DNA from: an uncultured Acidobacteriota bacterium | GTDB taxonomy: Bacteria; Acidobacteriota; Thermoanaerobaculia; UBA5066; DATFVB01 | Length of the DNA: 64,000 bases | NCBI GenBank assembly: GCA_963813155.1 | Contig: CAWEYG010000002.1 | Coordinates: 128,001 to 192,000, forward strand | Direction: 5' to 3' | Shown here: positions 1 to 9,799 of the stretch, one piece after another | Layout: each line of letters opens with the position of its first letter | How positions within the stretch are numbered: position 1 is the first letter of the stretch | The notes under the pieces: model-generated | The model's input: only the letters and a program-made list of their open reading frames with translations | What the model was told of the DNA's origin: nothing | Database searches by the model: none | Translations under genes and position numbers: made by a program

Positions 1-431
1 ATCAACCCGTAAATCGCGGCGGTCGGCAGATAGGAACCCGGATTCACGCGGGCCGTCTTCCATTCCGTTTCGCGGAGGACCTGGCCGTCGATGCACGCGA
101 GCAACCATTCCCGATCCGTCTCCTCCCGGGGCGAGAGAGTCCGCGCGTCGATCGATGAGAACGTTTTTTTCCATGCGAGCGCTCCGGCGAGACGCCGGCG
201 ACCGCCCTCGGCGGACCGGTCCGTGACGCTCTCGTCGTAACGATGCTCCCCTGCCTCCGTGGCGCGCTCGGGATGGAGGCGGAAGTCCTCCTGGACAAAC
301 CGGTTCACCTCTTCCCGGAACGCGGTGTCTCCGGAGCCGGCCACCGGGACCGGCGACTCGGCCACGACGGCCGGGGGAGCGGCCGCCATCGAAACGGCCA
401 GAACGGCAAACGGAATCCACAGCTTCGGCAT
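1..431 (-). CDS. DUF885-family secreted protein (5' part, runs off window)
   Basis: Hand translation MPKLWIPFAVLAVSMAAAPP...FRLHPERATEAGEHRYD; signal peptide, SD GAGGAG upstream; P..AT..G.H.YD motif typical of DUF885; absent from ORF track. Confidence 0.7.
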   Translation of the reverse strand, partial: MPKLWIPFAVLAVSMAAAPPAVVAESPVPVAGSGDTAFREEVNRFVQEDFRLHPERATEAGEHRYDESVTDRSAEGGRRRLAGALAWKKTFSSIDARTLSPREETDREWLLACIDGQVLRETEWKTARVNPGSYLPTAAIYGL

Positions 432-442
432 CGTCGGTCTCC

Positions 443-1184
443 TCACATGTACAGCCCGCCGGACACGTTCAGCACGTGGCCGGTGACGTACGACGCGTCG
501 TCGGACGCGAGAAACGCGATGGCCGCCGCGATGTCGTCGGGCGTTCCGAGCCGCTGCAGCGGGAATCTGGGATTCGAGCGTCTGTTTCGCCGCGTCGGTC
601 ATCTTCTCGGTCATCGAGGTCGCGATGTAGCCCGGCGCGACGGCGTTGATCGTGATGTTGCGCGACCCCACTTCGCGCGCGAGCGACTTCGTCAGGCCCA
701 CGAGGCCAGCTTTCGCGGACGCGTAGTTCGCCTGGCCCGCGTTGCCCATGAGCCCGACGACCGAGGTCACGTTGACGATCCGCCCGAAACGGTTCCGCAC
801 CATCGCCTTCACGGCGGCCTGCGAGAGAAGAAAGGCGCCCGTCAGGTTCGTCGCGAGCACGCGGTCCCACGAATCCCGGCTCATCCGGAGGATCAGGTTG
901 TCCTCCGTGATTCCCGCGTTGTTGACGAGCACGTCGAGCCGGCCGTGCTTCTCGAGAAGAGACTTCATGCCGGCGGCGATCGACTCGGCGCTCGCGACGT
1001 CGAGCGTGAGCGCCTCCGCCGAGCCGCCATCGGCGGCGATCCGCGCGACGAGCGCGGAGAGCTTCTCGGCTGTTCGCGCCGCGCAGATCGTCGTTGCGCC
1101 TTCGCGCGCGAAACGGACGGCGATCGCCTCGCCGATCCCCTGCGAAGCGCCCGTGACGAGCGCGATCTTGCCTTTCAGACGCAT
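443..1184 (-). CDS. fabG: 3-oxoacyl-ACP reductase FabG (one frameshift near 560)
   Basis: [28 protein letters not shown]-terminal [15 protein letters not shown]; length is 3n+1, extra base in IPLQRLG region. Confidence 0.88.
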
Positions 1185-1269
1185 GAAGCCCTCCCGATGC
1201 GCGGGAGCTTACCAGATGAATTCGCTCGCGGCGACCGACGCAGGCCTTGGCGCCCAGCAGGGGCGAGGC

Positions 1270-1311
1270 GAGCGAAAGCACGAGAGCGGCCGGGGCCAAC
1301 GCGCCGGCGCA
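1270..1311. repeat. Repeat module X (inverted copy at 37408-37448)
   Basis: GAGCGAAAGCACGAGAGCGGCCGGGGCCAACGCGCCGGCGCA; reverse complement matches 37408-37448 at 39 of 42 positions with one indel. Confidence 0.85.
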
Positions 1312-1314
1312 GGC

Positions 1315-1374
1315 TGGTCTCTGAGATCCCGAGGGAAAGCGAACTGCGGCCGAGGGTCGAAGAGACTTGCCGAG
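1315..1374 (+). repeat. Repeat module Y, direct repeat copy 1
   Basis: 53/60 identical to 7381-7440; core GAGATCCCGAGGGAAAGCGAAYTGCGGCCGAGGGTCGA. Confidence 0.9.
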
Positions 1375-1439
1375 ACCGGCGCTGGAGCCTCGGCCGCGAT
1401 CGAGCGCGAGCGCTCGCTCTGTTATGATCCCGCTTCGCG

Positions 1440-2891
1440 ATGTCGAGCTCTGCAGCGCCCCGGTTGGAATCTTTCATCGGGGGAAAGTTCGAGCCGGCAA
1501 GCGGACCGTTTCACGACGACATCAATCCCTCCGACCGTTCCGACGTGATCGCCCTCGTGCCCGCGGGAGCTCCCGAAGACGCGGCGCGGGCGGCGCGGGC
1601 GGCCGAAAACGCTTTCGAAGCCTGGAGGGAGCGGTCCGGGCCCCAGCGCGCCGACGCGCTCGGCCGATGGGCGGACGCGATCCACGCGCGGCGCGAAGAG
1701 ATGGCCTCCGCGATGTCGCGCGAGGTCGGCAAACCGATCACCGAGGCCCGCGGCGAGGTCGCGCGCTGCACGACGATCCTCCGCTATTACGCCGGCGAAG
1801 CGGTCCGCGCGTCGGGCGACGTCATCCCCGCGCAATCGCCCGGGGCGCTGCAGTTCACGCTTCGCGAGCCGCTCGGCGTCGTCGCGCTCGTCACCCCCTG
1901 GAACTTCCCCCTCGCGATCCCGCTGTGGAAGGCGGCGCCCGCGCTCGCGTTCGGCAACACGGTCGTCCTGAAGCCGGCCGAAGCGTCCTCGAAGATGGCG
2001 TCGCTGCTCGCCGAAACGGCCCTTGCCGCGGAGCTTCCCGCCGGAGTCTTCAACGTGCTGCTCGGCTCCGGGGCCGTCGTCGGCAAGGCGCTGCTCGCGG
2101 AACCCGGCGTCCGCGCCGTGAGCTTCACGGGATCCGGGACGGTCGGCGCGTCCGTCGCCGCGGCCGCGGCGGCGCGCAACATCCGCTATCAAACCGAAAT
2201 GGGCGGGAAAAACGTCGTCATCGTCGCCGAGGACGCGGACCTCGACCTCGCGGCCACGCTCACGGCGTCCGGCGCGATGCGCTACGCGGGACAGAAATGC
2301 ACGGCGACCAGCCGGGCGGTCGTCTCCCGGAAAATCGAACAGAGCTTCCTCGCGAAGCTCCGCGAAAAGATCGAGGCGCTGCCGCTCGGGCCGGTCGACG
2401 ACCCCGCCGCCGCGATCGGGCCGCTCATCAACGCGGAAGCCCACTCTTCCGTCCGCGAGGCGCTCCGCCGCGAGGGGCGCGAGAAGATCTGGGGCGGCAA
2501 ACTCCCGGAGGACGCCCGATTCGCGAAGGGGTTCTACAGCGCGCCGGCGCTCGTCCTGCAGCCCGAGCCCGATTCGGAAATTGCCCGCGAGGAGCTCTTC
2601 GGCCCGGTCCTCGCGACGTTTTCCGCCGGCGACCTCGAGGAAGCCATCGAGATCGCAAACCGCACCCGTTACGGCTTGAGCGCGTCGATCTTCACGCGCG
2701 ATCTGCCGACGGCCTTCCGCTTCGTCCGGAAGATCGAGGCGGGTCTCGTGCGAGTCAACGGCGACACGACCGGCGTCGATCCCCATGCGCCGTTCGGCGG
2801 AATGAAGGGCTCCAGCTCCGGAAGCCGCGAGCAGGGCCCCGCGGCGCGGGAGTTCTACACGGAAATCAAGACGGTTCAGATCCAGCCATGA
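1440..2891 (+). CDS. Aldehyde dehydrogenase, probably alpha-ketoglutarate semialdehyde dehydrogenase
   Basis: PWNFP, FTGS, EMGGKN, AGQKCTA, EELFGP motifs; first gene of the hydroxyproline operon. Confidence 0.85.
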   Translation: MSSSAAPRLESFIGGKFEPASGPFHDDINPSDRSDVIALVPAGAPEDAARAARAAENAFEAWRERSGPQRADALGRWADAIHARREEMASAMSREVGKPITEARGEVARCTTILRYYAGEAVRASGDVIPAQSPGALQFTLREPLGVVALVTPWNFPLAIPLWKAAPALAFGNTVVLKPAEASSKMASLLAETALAAELPAGVFNVLLGSGAVVGKALLAEPGVRAVSFTGSGTVGASVAAAAAARNIRYQTEMGGKNVVIVAEDADLDLAATLTASGAMRYAGQKCTATSRAVVSRKIEQSFLAKLREKIEALPLGPVDDPAAAIGPLINAEAHSSVREALRREGREKIWGGKLPEDARFAKGFYSAPALVLQPEPDSEIAREELFGPVLATFSAGDLEEAIEIANRTRYGLSASIFTRDLPTAFRFVRKIEAGLVRVNGDTTGVDPHAPFGGMKGSSSGSREQGPAAREFYTEIKTVQIQP

Positions 2892-3838
2892 CCCCGCTTC
2901 CCGAAGCGGTCCGCGTCGTCGATTCCCACACCGAGGGAGAGCCCACTCGAGTCGTGATCTCGGGGTGGCCGCAGCCGGAGGGCAAGACGATGGCGGATCG
3001 CCGCGCCGACATGAAGGCGAGGTTCGACCTGTATCGGCGAGCCGTGATCTGCGAGCCGCGGGGCCACGAGGCGGTCGTCGGCGCGCTGCTCACTCCCCCG
3101 GTGAACGACGGCTCCCTCACGGGCGTCGTCTTCTTCGACAACGCCGCGTACCTGGGAATGTGCGGGCACGGCTCGATCGGCGTCGTCCGAACGCTGGAGC
3201 ACCTCGGCCGGATCGGCCCGGGCCCGGTCTCCCTCGACACGCCGGCGGGAACGATCCGCGCGCAGCTCGACGCCGACGGGTCGGTCGAGATCGAAAACGT
3301 TCCCGCGAAGTGCCACAAGCGCGGAGTGACCGTGGAAGTCCCGGGCGTCGGAAGCGTGACGGGAGACGTCGCGTACGGAGGCAACTGGTTCTTCCTCACC
3401 GAGCTGCCGGCCGACCTTCGGATGTCCAACGTCGAGGAATTGACGCGCGTGACGAAGGCGATTTCGTCGGCATTGCGCGCGGAGAGCATCACCGGATCCG
3501 CAGGAGAAGAGATCGACCACGTCATCCTGTTCGGAAAGGCGGATCGGCCCGACGCCGACGCGAAGAACTTCGTGCTCTGTCCGGGCGCCGCCTACGACCG
3601 CTCGCCGTGCGGCACGGGGACATCGGCCACGATGGCCATCCGCTATGCGAAGGGGCTACTCGCGCCGGACGCGAAGTGGCGGCAGGAAAGCATCACGGGC
3701 AGCGTCTTCACCGGCTGGCTCGCGCGGCGCGGCGCCGACCTGATCCCGCACATCCGGGGCACGGCGTACATCACGGGCGACTCCACCCTGTATTTCGACC
3801 CGCGCGACCCGTTCCTGCTGGGAATCCCGCAGGGGTGA
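2888..3838 (+). CDS. Proline racemase family, probable 4-hydroxyproline 2-epimerase
   Basis: DSHTEGEPTR, MCGHG and DRSPCGTGTSA catalytic Cys pair; ATGA overlap with the upstream gene. Confidence 0.9.
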   Translation: MTPLPEAVRVVDSHTEGEPTRVVISGWPQPEGKTMADRRADMKARFDLYRRAVICEPRGHEAVVGALLTPPVNDGSLTGVVFFDNAAYLGMCGHGSIGVVRTLEHLGRIGPGPVSLDTPAGTIRAQLDADGSVEIENVPAKCHKRGVTVEVPGVGSVTGDVAYGGNWFFLTELPADLRMSNVEELTRVTKAISSALRAESITGSAGEEIDHVILFGKADRPDADAKNFVLCPGAAYDRSPCGTGTSATMAIRYAKGLLAPDAKWRQESITGSVFTGWLARRGADLIPHIRGTAYITGDSTLYFDPRDPFLLGIPQG

Positions 3839-4941
3839 GCGCCTCCGCCGACGCCATCGTCGTCGGGGCGGGAATCGTGGGAGCCGCCACGGCCGAGGCC
3901 CTCGCGCGGGAGGGGATGCGCGTCACGATTCTGGACTCCCGCTTCGCCGCGGCAGGCACGACCGCCGCGGGAATGGGTCACCTCGTCGCGATGGACGATT
4001 CTGAGGCCCAGCTCTCGCTGACCGACTACTCCAACCGACTGTGGCGCTCGCTCGCGAAGGAGCTTCCCCCCTCGAACGAATACGATCCGTGCGGAACGCT
4101 CTGGATCGCGGAGGACGCGGAGCAGCTGGACGCCGTCGAGAAGAAACGACTCGCCTACTCGCGCGCCGGGATCGCCGCGGAGAGCGTGGATGCGGCCGGC
4201 CTCGCCGCTCTCGAGCCGAATCTCCGACCGGGACTCGGCGGGGCGCTTCGGATTCCGGGAGACGCGGTCCTCTATCCCCCCGCGGCCACCCTCGTCCTTC
4301 TGGCGCGGGCCCGGGAGCTCGGCGCGAGGCTTCGCGAAGGCTGCCGCGTCGATTCCCTGTCGGCAAACGCCGTTTCGGCGGACGGCGAAACGCTTCGGGC
4401 GGCAGTCGTCGTCAACGCCGCGGGCGCAGAAGCCGGTCGCCTGACTCCCGAGCTCCCAATCGTCCCGCGCAAGGGACACCTCGTCATCACCGACCGCTTC
4501 CCCGGTTTTTGCCGGCACCAAATCGTCGAGCTCGGATACCTGGCATCTGCCCACTCGATCTCAGGATCTTCCGTCGCATTCAACGTCCAGCCGCGAAAGA
4601 CGGGCCAGATTCTGATCGGGTCCTCGCGAGAAATGGCGGGATGGGACGCCGCCATCAATCCTCCGCTCGTCCGCCAGATGCTGGCGCGCGCGATCGATTT
4701 CCTTCCGGGCCTGCGCCGGATGACGGCGATCCGCACGTGGACGGGGTTTCGGCCGGCGACTCCCGACAAGCTTCCGCTGATCGGCCGCTGGCCCGGTACT
4801 CCGGGGCTCTGGATCGCCGCCGGCCACGAGGGTCTGGGAATCACGACTTCGCTCGGCACGGCTGCCCTTCTTGCCGACCTGATTCTCGGGCGGGCTCCGG
4901 CGATCGACGCCGCGCCCTTTGATCCCTCGAGAATCCAATGA
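3835..4941 (+). CDS. FAD-dependent oxidoreductase (D-hydroxyproline dehydrogenase beta-like, DAO family)
   Basis: IVVGAGIVG, WTGFRPATPD, GHEGLGIT; GTGA overlap. Confidence 0.85.
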   Translation: MSASADAIVVGAGIVGAATAEALAREGMRVTILDSRFAAAGTTAAGMGHLVAMDDSEAQLSLTDYSNRLWRSLAKELPPSNEYDPCGTLWIAEDAEQLDAVEKKRLAYSRAGIAAESVDAAGLAALEPNLRPGLGGALRIPGDAVLYPPAATLVLLARARELGARLREGCRVDSLSANAVSADGETLRAAVVVNAAGAEAGRLTPELPIVPRKGHLVITDRFPGFCRHQIVELGYLASAHSISGSSVAFNVQPRKTGQILIGSSREMAGWDAAINPPLVRQMLARAIDFLPGLRRMTAIRTWTGFRPATPDKLPLIGRWPGTPGLWIAAGHEGLGITTSLGTAALLADLILGRAPAIDAAPFDPSRIQ

Positions 4942-6457
4942 GCGATTTCGACATTTCGATCAACGGACGGAAGCTCCGGGTCGCCCCCGGCTCGACCGCC
5001 GCGGCGGCGCTCTGGAACGCAGGCGAGACCGCGTTTCGGACTTCGGTCACGGGCACTCCCCGGGGTCCCCTCTGCGCGATGGGAACGTGCTTCGAGTGCC
5101 GGGCGACGATCGACGGGGTCGAGCACCGGCGGTCGTGCCTCGACTCCGGCGCGCCGTCGGAGAAGCTCGAGAGCGAGAACGATCGCTTCGACATCGCCGT
5201 CGTCGGAGCCGGGACCCGCCGGAATCGCCGCCGCCGTCTCCGCGTCGGAGGCGGGCAAGCGCGTCGTCGTTCTCGATTCCGGGGCGCGAGCGGGAGGACA
5301 GATCTGGCGGGGCGGTTCCCGCGCGACCGCTGCCGCCCGCGGCCGCGAAATGGCTCGACGCCCTCGAACGCTCCCGAGCCGTCGTCGTGCCGGGCGCCGA
5401 CGTCCTCGCGATCTCGCCCGGATTCCGGATCGCGGTTCAACGGGGAAGCGAAGCCGTCGCGCTCGCGGCGGAACGCGTCGTGCTCGCAAGCGGCGCGCGC
5501 GAACGGTTCCTGCCGTTTCCCGGCTGGACGCTTCCGAACGTCTTCGGGATCGGCGGCGCGCAGGCGCTCGCGAAATCGGGGGCGTCGTTCCGGGGTAAGC
5601 GCGTCGTCCTCGCGGGCTCGGGACCGCTGCTGCTTCCCGCCGCAGCGACGCTTTCCAAAGGCGGAGCGAACGTCGTTCTCGTCGCCGAACAGGCCCCCGC
5701 CGCGCGGGTCGCGCTCTTCGCCGCGGGTCTCTGGCGCTCGCCGCGCCTGTGGGCCGACGCGGCGCGCTACCGACGGGCTTTCGCGCCGGCCCGGTATGCC
5801 ACGGGGACCTGGGCCGTCGAGGCCCGCGGAGACGACCGGATTTCCGAGGTCGTCCTGACGAACGGGCGCCGCCGCTGGACGGAACGCTGCGACGTGCTCT
5901 GCACCGGGTACGGCCTCGTCCCGAACACGGAGCTCGCGCGCCTGCTCGGGTGCGAGATGGACGGAGAGGCCGTCGCCGTCGACGCGCGGCAGGAAACGTC
6001 GGTCCGCGGAGTTTTCTGCGCCGGGGAGCCGACCGGAATCGGAGGCGTCGACCTCGCGATCCTCGAGGGCGAGATCGCCGGAGCCTGCGCCGCGGGCGAG
6101 GGTCAGCCCGCGGACCTGCAGATCGCTGCTCGGCGGCGCCTCCGCGGCTACGCCGCGAGGCTCGATCGCGCCTTCCGGCTGCGCCGCGAGCTTCGCGGGA
6201 TGGCTTCTCCCGACACGATCGTCTGCCGGTGCGAGGACGTTCGCCTCGGCGAGCTCGATCCCTCCTGGTCTCCCCGCCAGGCGAAGCTCTACACGCGCGC
6301 CGGCATGGGGCCCTGCCAGGGACGGGTCTGCGGACCCGCGCTCGCGTTCCACTTCGGCTGGGGGCCGGACCGGGTGCAATTTCCCGTCTTCCCCGCGTCG
6401 ATCGGAGCGATGATCGAGACTCTGGATTCCGAACCTCGAAAGAAGGAGAACGAATGA
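4938..6457 (+). CDS. 2Fe-2S plus FAD/NAD oxidoreductase subunit(s) of D-hydroxyproline dehydrogenase, apparently fused; two frameshifts near 5212 and 5312
   Basis: CAMGTCFEC...C ferredoxin motif in frame with DIAVVGAG; then ASGARERFLPFPGWTLP, VCRCEDV, GMGPCQGRVC. Confidence 0.75.
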
Positions 6458-7354
6458 AGAAAACCGACTGGCACGGAGTCCTCCCCGCGATCACGACGCC
6501 ATTTCGCGAGGACCTCTCGATCGATTTCGATTCGCTCCAGCGCCACGTGTCGTGGCTGATCGAGAACGGCTGCCGCGGCGCGGTCGCGCTCGGCTCGCTC
6601 GGCGAATCGGCGACGCTCGCCTTCGACGAGAAGGTCGAGATCCTGAAGGCCTGCCGCCGGGCCGCGGGGGCCGGGTTCGTCGTCGCGGGAATCGCGGGCC
6701 TGTCGACCTCCGAGTGCGTGTCGCTCGCCCGCGCGGCGGAATCCGCCGGATGCGACGGCCTGATGGCGCTTCCGCCGTACGTCTACCGGGGCGACTGGCG
6801 GGAGACGGAGGCTCACTACTCGGCGGTCATCGCCGCGACGCCGCTCTCCTGCATGCTGTACAACAACCCGATCGCGTACGGGACCGACGTGACGCCCGAC
6901 CAGATGGGCCTCCTGTCGGCGAAGCATCCGAACCTGCACTCGGTGAAGGAATCGAGCGGCGACGTGCGGCGCGTCACGGGAATCCGGGAGGTCCTGGCGG
7001 ACCGCCTCGCGATTTTCATCGGCGTCGACGACCTGATCGTCGAGGGGATCGCGGCCGGCGCCGTCGGATGGATCGCCGGCCTCGTGAACGCGTTTCCGGC
7101 CGAATCCGTCCTGCTGTTCGATCTCGCGCGCGACGGCAAGGCGGAAGAAGCCCGGCGCCTCTACGAGTGGTTCCTGCCGCTGCTGCGCCTCGACGTCGTG
7201 CCGAAGTTCGTCCAGCTGATCAAGCTCGTGCAGCAGGAGGTCGGCCGCGGCAGCGAGCGCGTGCGCCCGCCGCGGCTGCAGATCGTCGGGAGACGAGCGG
7301 GAAGCGACGTTCGAAGTCATTCGAACGGCGCTGCGTACACGGGGAACGCTGTAG
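6454..7354 (+). CDS. DHDPS-family protein, probable pyrroline-4-hydroxy-2-carboxylate deaminase (frameshift near 7290)
   Basis: WHGVLPAITTPF, LGSLGE, LYNNPIAY, VKESSGD; corrected C-terminus ends ...TALRTRGTL*. Confidence 0.85.
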
Positions 7355-7380
7355 AAAACTCCTCGCCGAGGTTCGCGAGA

Positions 7381-7440
7381 TGGCCTCCGAGATCCCGAGG
7401 GAAAGCGAATTGCGGCCGAGGGTCGAGGAGAATTATCGAG
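7381..7440 (+). repeat. Repeat module Y, direct repeat copy 2
   Basis: 53/60 identical to 1315-1374; lies between convergent gene ends. Confidence 0.9.
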
Positions 7441-8846
7441 CGGACCTCTGGCGAGGTGCTCCCCGCATCGCCCTTTCGACGTCCGCGATTTCGCGCGGCG
7501 CGCCGCAGGACAGGCATTCCATGCCGCCGGGCGTGACGAGCACGTCGTCCTCGATCCGCACGCCGATCCCCCGCCATTTCGGGTCGACGCCTTCCGCGTC
7601 GCCCGGAATGTAGATTCCCGGCTCGACGGTCAGCGCCATCCCGGGCGCGAGCTTCGTCTGCGCCATCGAGTACCGCTCGAGGCGCGGCGCGTCCGGGTTC
7701 GAAAAGCCGTAGCTGCCGACGTCGTGGACGTTCATTCCGAGCCAGTGAGACGACCCGTGCGGGTAGAACTTCGCGTAGGACCGTTTCTGGATGATCTCGG
7801 CGCGGTCGCCCTTCAGAACTCCGAGCTTCAGGAGCCCGTCGACGACGACATCGACGGTCGCGTCGTGCACCTCGTGGAACGCGGCGCCGGGCCGGACGCG
7901 GGCGAATCCCGCTTTCTGCGCTTCGAGCACGATCTGATAGATCGCCCTCTGCTCCGGAGAGAAGGAGCCGGAGACCGGATACGTCCGGGTCACGTCGGCC
8001 GCGTACATCTGGTACTCGCACGCCGAGTCGTTGACGATCACGTCGCCGGCGTTCATCCGCCGTTCGTTCTTCTCGTAGTGGAGGATCACGGAGTTGGGGC
8101 CCGAGGCCACGATCGGCGGATACGCGTTTCGCGCGGCGCCGCCCGACGTGCACACGTTTTCGAACGCCGCCTGGACGGCGTACTCGGGCGCTCCGGGCCG
8201 GGCCGCCCGCATCGCCGCGAGGTGAGCGCCGACGGAGAGCTCCGCGGCCCGCCGGAGGAACGCCTGCTCCGCAGGGTCTTTGACGAGGCGAGCCTGGTGG
8301 AGCACGGGCCCCACGTCGGCGGCGGGGCGAAGCTCGGTCGACTGAGCGTCCCGAGCGCGCCACTGAGCCAGGAGCCGCTCGCGGAACGGCTGTGTCGCCG
8401 CCGTCGCCGTAGCAGAGCGTCCGCGCCGCGCTCGTGAGCTTCGGCAGTTCCTTCCAGAAGTCGTCGACGGGATACGCCTCCTCCGCGCCGAAGTCCTTCT
8501 TCGCGCCGTCGACCCCCGCGCGCCAGCCGGTCCACTGCTCCTGCGCGAAGTCGCGCGGACGGACGAAAAGCAGGTAGCGCTTTCCGGGGGCCGCGCCCGG
8601 AACGAAGACCGCGACGGCATCCGGCTCGGTGAGCCCGGTCAGGTACCAGAAGTCAGAGCTCTGCCGGTAGAGAACGTCCACCTCCTCCGAACCGGACGGG
8701 GCGGCGTGAAGGACCGCGATCGACCCGGCCGGAAGCCGGGAGAGGAATGCGTCCCGGTGCGCCGCGAAGAACTCGGGCCCCGGCGCTGCGACGGGAGGGG
8801 GCGCGCCGGCCGCGAGGGCGAGTACGAGACCGAGTCCGAGCATCAC
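7433..8846 (-). CDS. pepP: Xaa-Pro aminopeptidase with hydrophobic N-terminus (frameshift near 8390)
   Basis: YRQSSDFWYLTG N-domain; ILHY, YAADVTRTYP, HWLGMNVHD, TVEPGIY, GVRIEDD; SD GGAGGA. Confidence 0.85.
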
Positions 8847-8866
8847 TTATCCTCCGCTTTCTTCCG

Positions 8867-9799
8867 CTAGCCGAGCTTTCCCAGGTCCTCCGCCTTCCCG
8901 ATCGAGACGACGGAGACTTCTTTGCGAATGCGTTTCACGAGCCCGGCCAGCACGCCGCCCGGGCCGAGCTCGAGCGCGGACGTCGCCCCCATCGCGGCGA
9001 TCTTCTCGATCGATTCGACCCAGCGCACGGCCGAGGCGACCTGCCGCCCGAGCGCCGCGCGGATCTCGCCCGAGTTCGCCGCCGGCGCGGCGTCGACGTT
9101 CGTGACGACCGGAAACCGCGGGTCGGCGATCGCGAGATCGTCGAGCTTCGGCGCAAGCCTGTCCGCCGCGGGCTGCATCAGCGCGCAGTGGAACGGGGCC
9201 GAGACGGAAAGCGGCATGACCTTGCGCGCGCCGCGCTGCCGGCACAGGTCGGACGCGTTCGCGACCCCCTCGGCGTGGCCGGCGATGACGGTCTGCTCCG
9301 GAGAATTGAAGTTCGCGGGCGAGACGATTTTCCCCGTCGCGAGCGCAGCCTCTTCGCAGGCGGACGCGACGAGGCCGGGAGCGAGCCCGAGGACGGCCGC
9401 CATCGCGCCGACGCCTTCGGGCACCGCCTCCTGCATGAATTGCCCGCGCTCGTGGACGATGCGAACGGCGTCTGAAAAGGCGAACGCCCCCGCGGCAACG
9501 CCCGCCGAATATTCGCCGAGAGAATGGCCCGCGGCGGCGACGACGTCCGAAAGCGCGTTCAAATGCCTCGCCCGGACGGTCTCGAGGACGGCGATCGAAT
9601 GCGTCAGGATCGCGGGCTGCGTGTTCGCCGTGCGACGCAGCTCGTCCTCCGGACCCTCGAAGCAGATCTTCGAGATCGAATACCCGAGCGCGGAGTCCGC
9701 CTCGTCGAACACTTTCTTCGCTTCCGGAAAGGCGTCGCACAGATCCTTGCCCATCCCGACGTACTGCGAACCCTGGCCGGGGAAAAGAAGAGCGATCAT
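8867..9799 (-). CDS. fabD: Malonyl-CoA:ACP transacylase
   Basis: FPGQGSQ, TQPAI, GHSLGEY, VSAPFH. Confidence 0.95.
   Translation of the reverse strand: MIALLFPGQGSQYVGMGKDLCDAFPEAKKVFDEADSALGYSISKICFEGPEDELRRTANTQPAILTHSIAVLETVRARHLNALSDVVAAAGHSLGEYSAGVAAGAFAFSDAVRIVHERGQFMQEAVPEGVGAMAAVLGLAPGLVASACEEAALATGKIVSPANFNSPEQTVIAGHAEGVANASDLCRQRGARKVMPLSVSAPFHCALMQPAADRLAPKLDDLAIADPRFPVVTNVDAAPAANSGEIRAALGRQVASAVRWVESIEKIAAMGATSALELGPGGVLAGLVKRIRKEVSVVSIGKAEDLGKLG

Noticed and set aside
1315-7440. CRISPR array or integron attC interpretation of the repeats
   Set aside because: Only two copies far apart, no regular spacers, no cas or intI gene and no clear attC core boxes.
443-8846. Programmed frameshifting or pseudogenisation of fabG, Hyp genes and pepP
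   Set aside because: Single-base indels, mostly at short C/G runs with no slippery heptamers, and they include an essential gene; assembly error is more parsimonious.
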